Below the pieces are notes generated by a model. That model saw nothing but the letters and a program-made list of their open reading frames with translations, was not told the origin of the DNA and searched no databases. The translations under genes and the position numbers were made by a program. From positions 1 to 44,546 of the forward strand of contig JAABPT010000113.1 of the NCBI GenBank assembly GCA_011391855.1: DNA of 44,546 bases, read 5' to 3'. Within the stretch, counting starts at the first letter, position 1, and each line of letters begins with the position of its first letter. Positions 44,317-44,546 of this stretch are shown piece by piece. The DNA is from Burkholderiales bacterium (GTDB lineage Bacteria; Pseudomonadota; Gammaproteobacteria; Burkholderiales; Burkholderiaceae_C).

Positions 44317-44546
44317 GTGCCCCCTGCCACGCCGAAGTCACTGCCGCTGTCCTTGCCGCTGCCGCGGCCATCGCAATGGCGCGGCCGGCTGGCGCTTGCC
44401 GCCACGGTGCTGGCGCTGCACCTGTGGCTGCTGGGCCGGGCGGCTCCGCAGCCAGGCAACCACCCGCGCCAGGCTCAGCCGCAGGCGCTGCAAGTGCGCC
44501 AGATTTTGGTACCCGCCGTGCAACGCAACGGTGCCGACGATAGGCC
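44317..44546 (+). CDS. N-terminus of a membrane-anchored protein, possibly DUF3108-type (3'-truncated by window edge)
   Basis: GTG at 44317, open to the window end: ...RLALAATVLALHLWLLG...ALQVRQI. Confidence 0.5.
   Translation, partial: MPPATPKSLPLSLPLPRPSQWRGRLALAATVLALHLWLLGRAAPQPGNHPRQAQPQALQVRQILVPAVQRNGADDR

Overview
A GC-rich chromosomal segment. Gene content and protein style (PhaM, FIST, fused IOR, a trpE starting MITELEF) suggest a Burkholderiales betaproteobacterium; this is an inference. I see no rRNA, tRNA, CRISPR array, IS or prophage. Gene order: end of a Rep/UvrD helicase; YhhN; three exported proteins, including a mini collagen-like lipoprotein, downstream of a LytS/LytTR two-component system; NhaR divergent from an IscR-like Rrf2 regulator lacking the cluster ligands; TRAP transporter + amidase + small membrane protein; cytochrome b561 + three YceI; fused indolepyruvate:ferredoxin oxidoreductase with Lrp; degenerate GGDEF protein; Gcr-type membrane protein, apaG, dbpA, Lrp, an AP2-like protein, saccharopine dehydrogenase-family enzyme; gph, a Trp-containing leader ORF and trpE (no trpG); DUF3300/DUF2950/DUF3313-like genes; glcD-glcE-lrgA-lrgB-glcF-FAH operon; GNAT remnant, FIST, phaM, TraB/GumN, retropepsin, FAH. 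The best candidate for an undescribed system is the LrgA/LrgB pair embedded in the glycolate dehydrogenase operon, which may be a bacterial counterpart of the plant PLGG1 glycolate transporter. Also notable: a terminator-less W-P-W leader upstream of trpE, an in-frame palindromic insertion in glcE, the cluster-less IscR paralog apparently under NhaR, and unannotated small proteins. Family calls come from motif recognition by eye; no database search was run.
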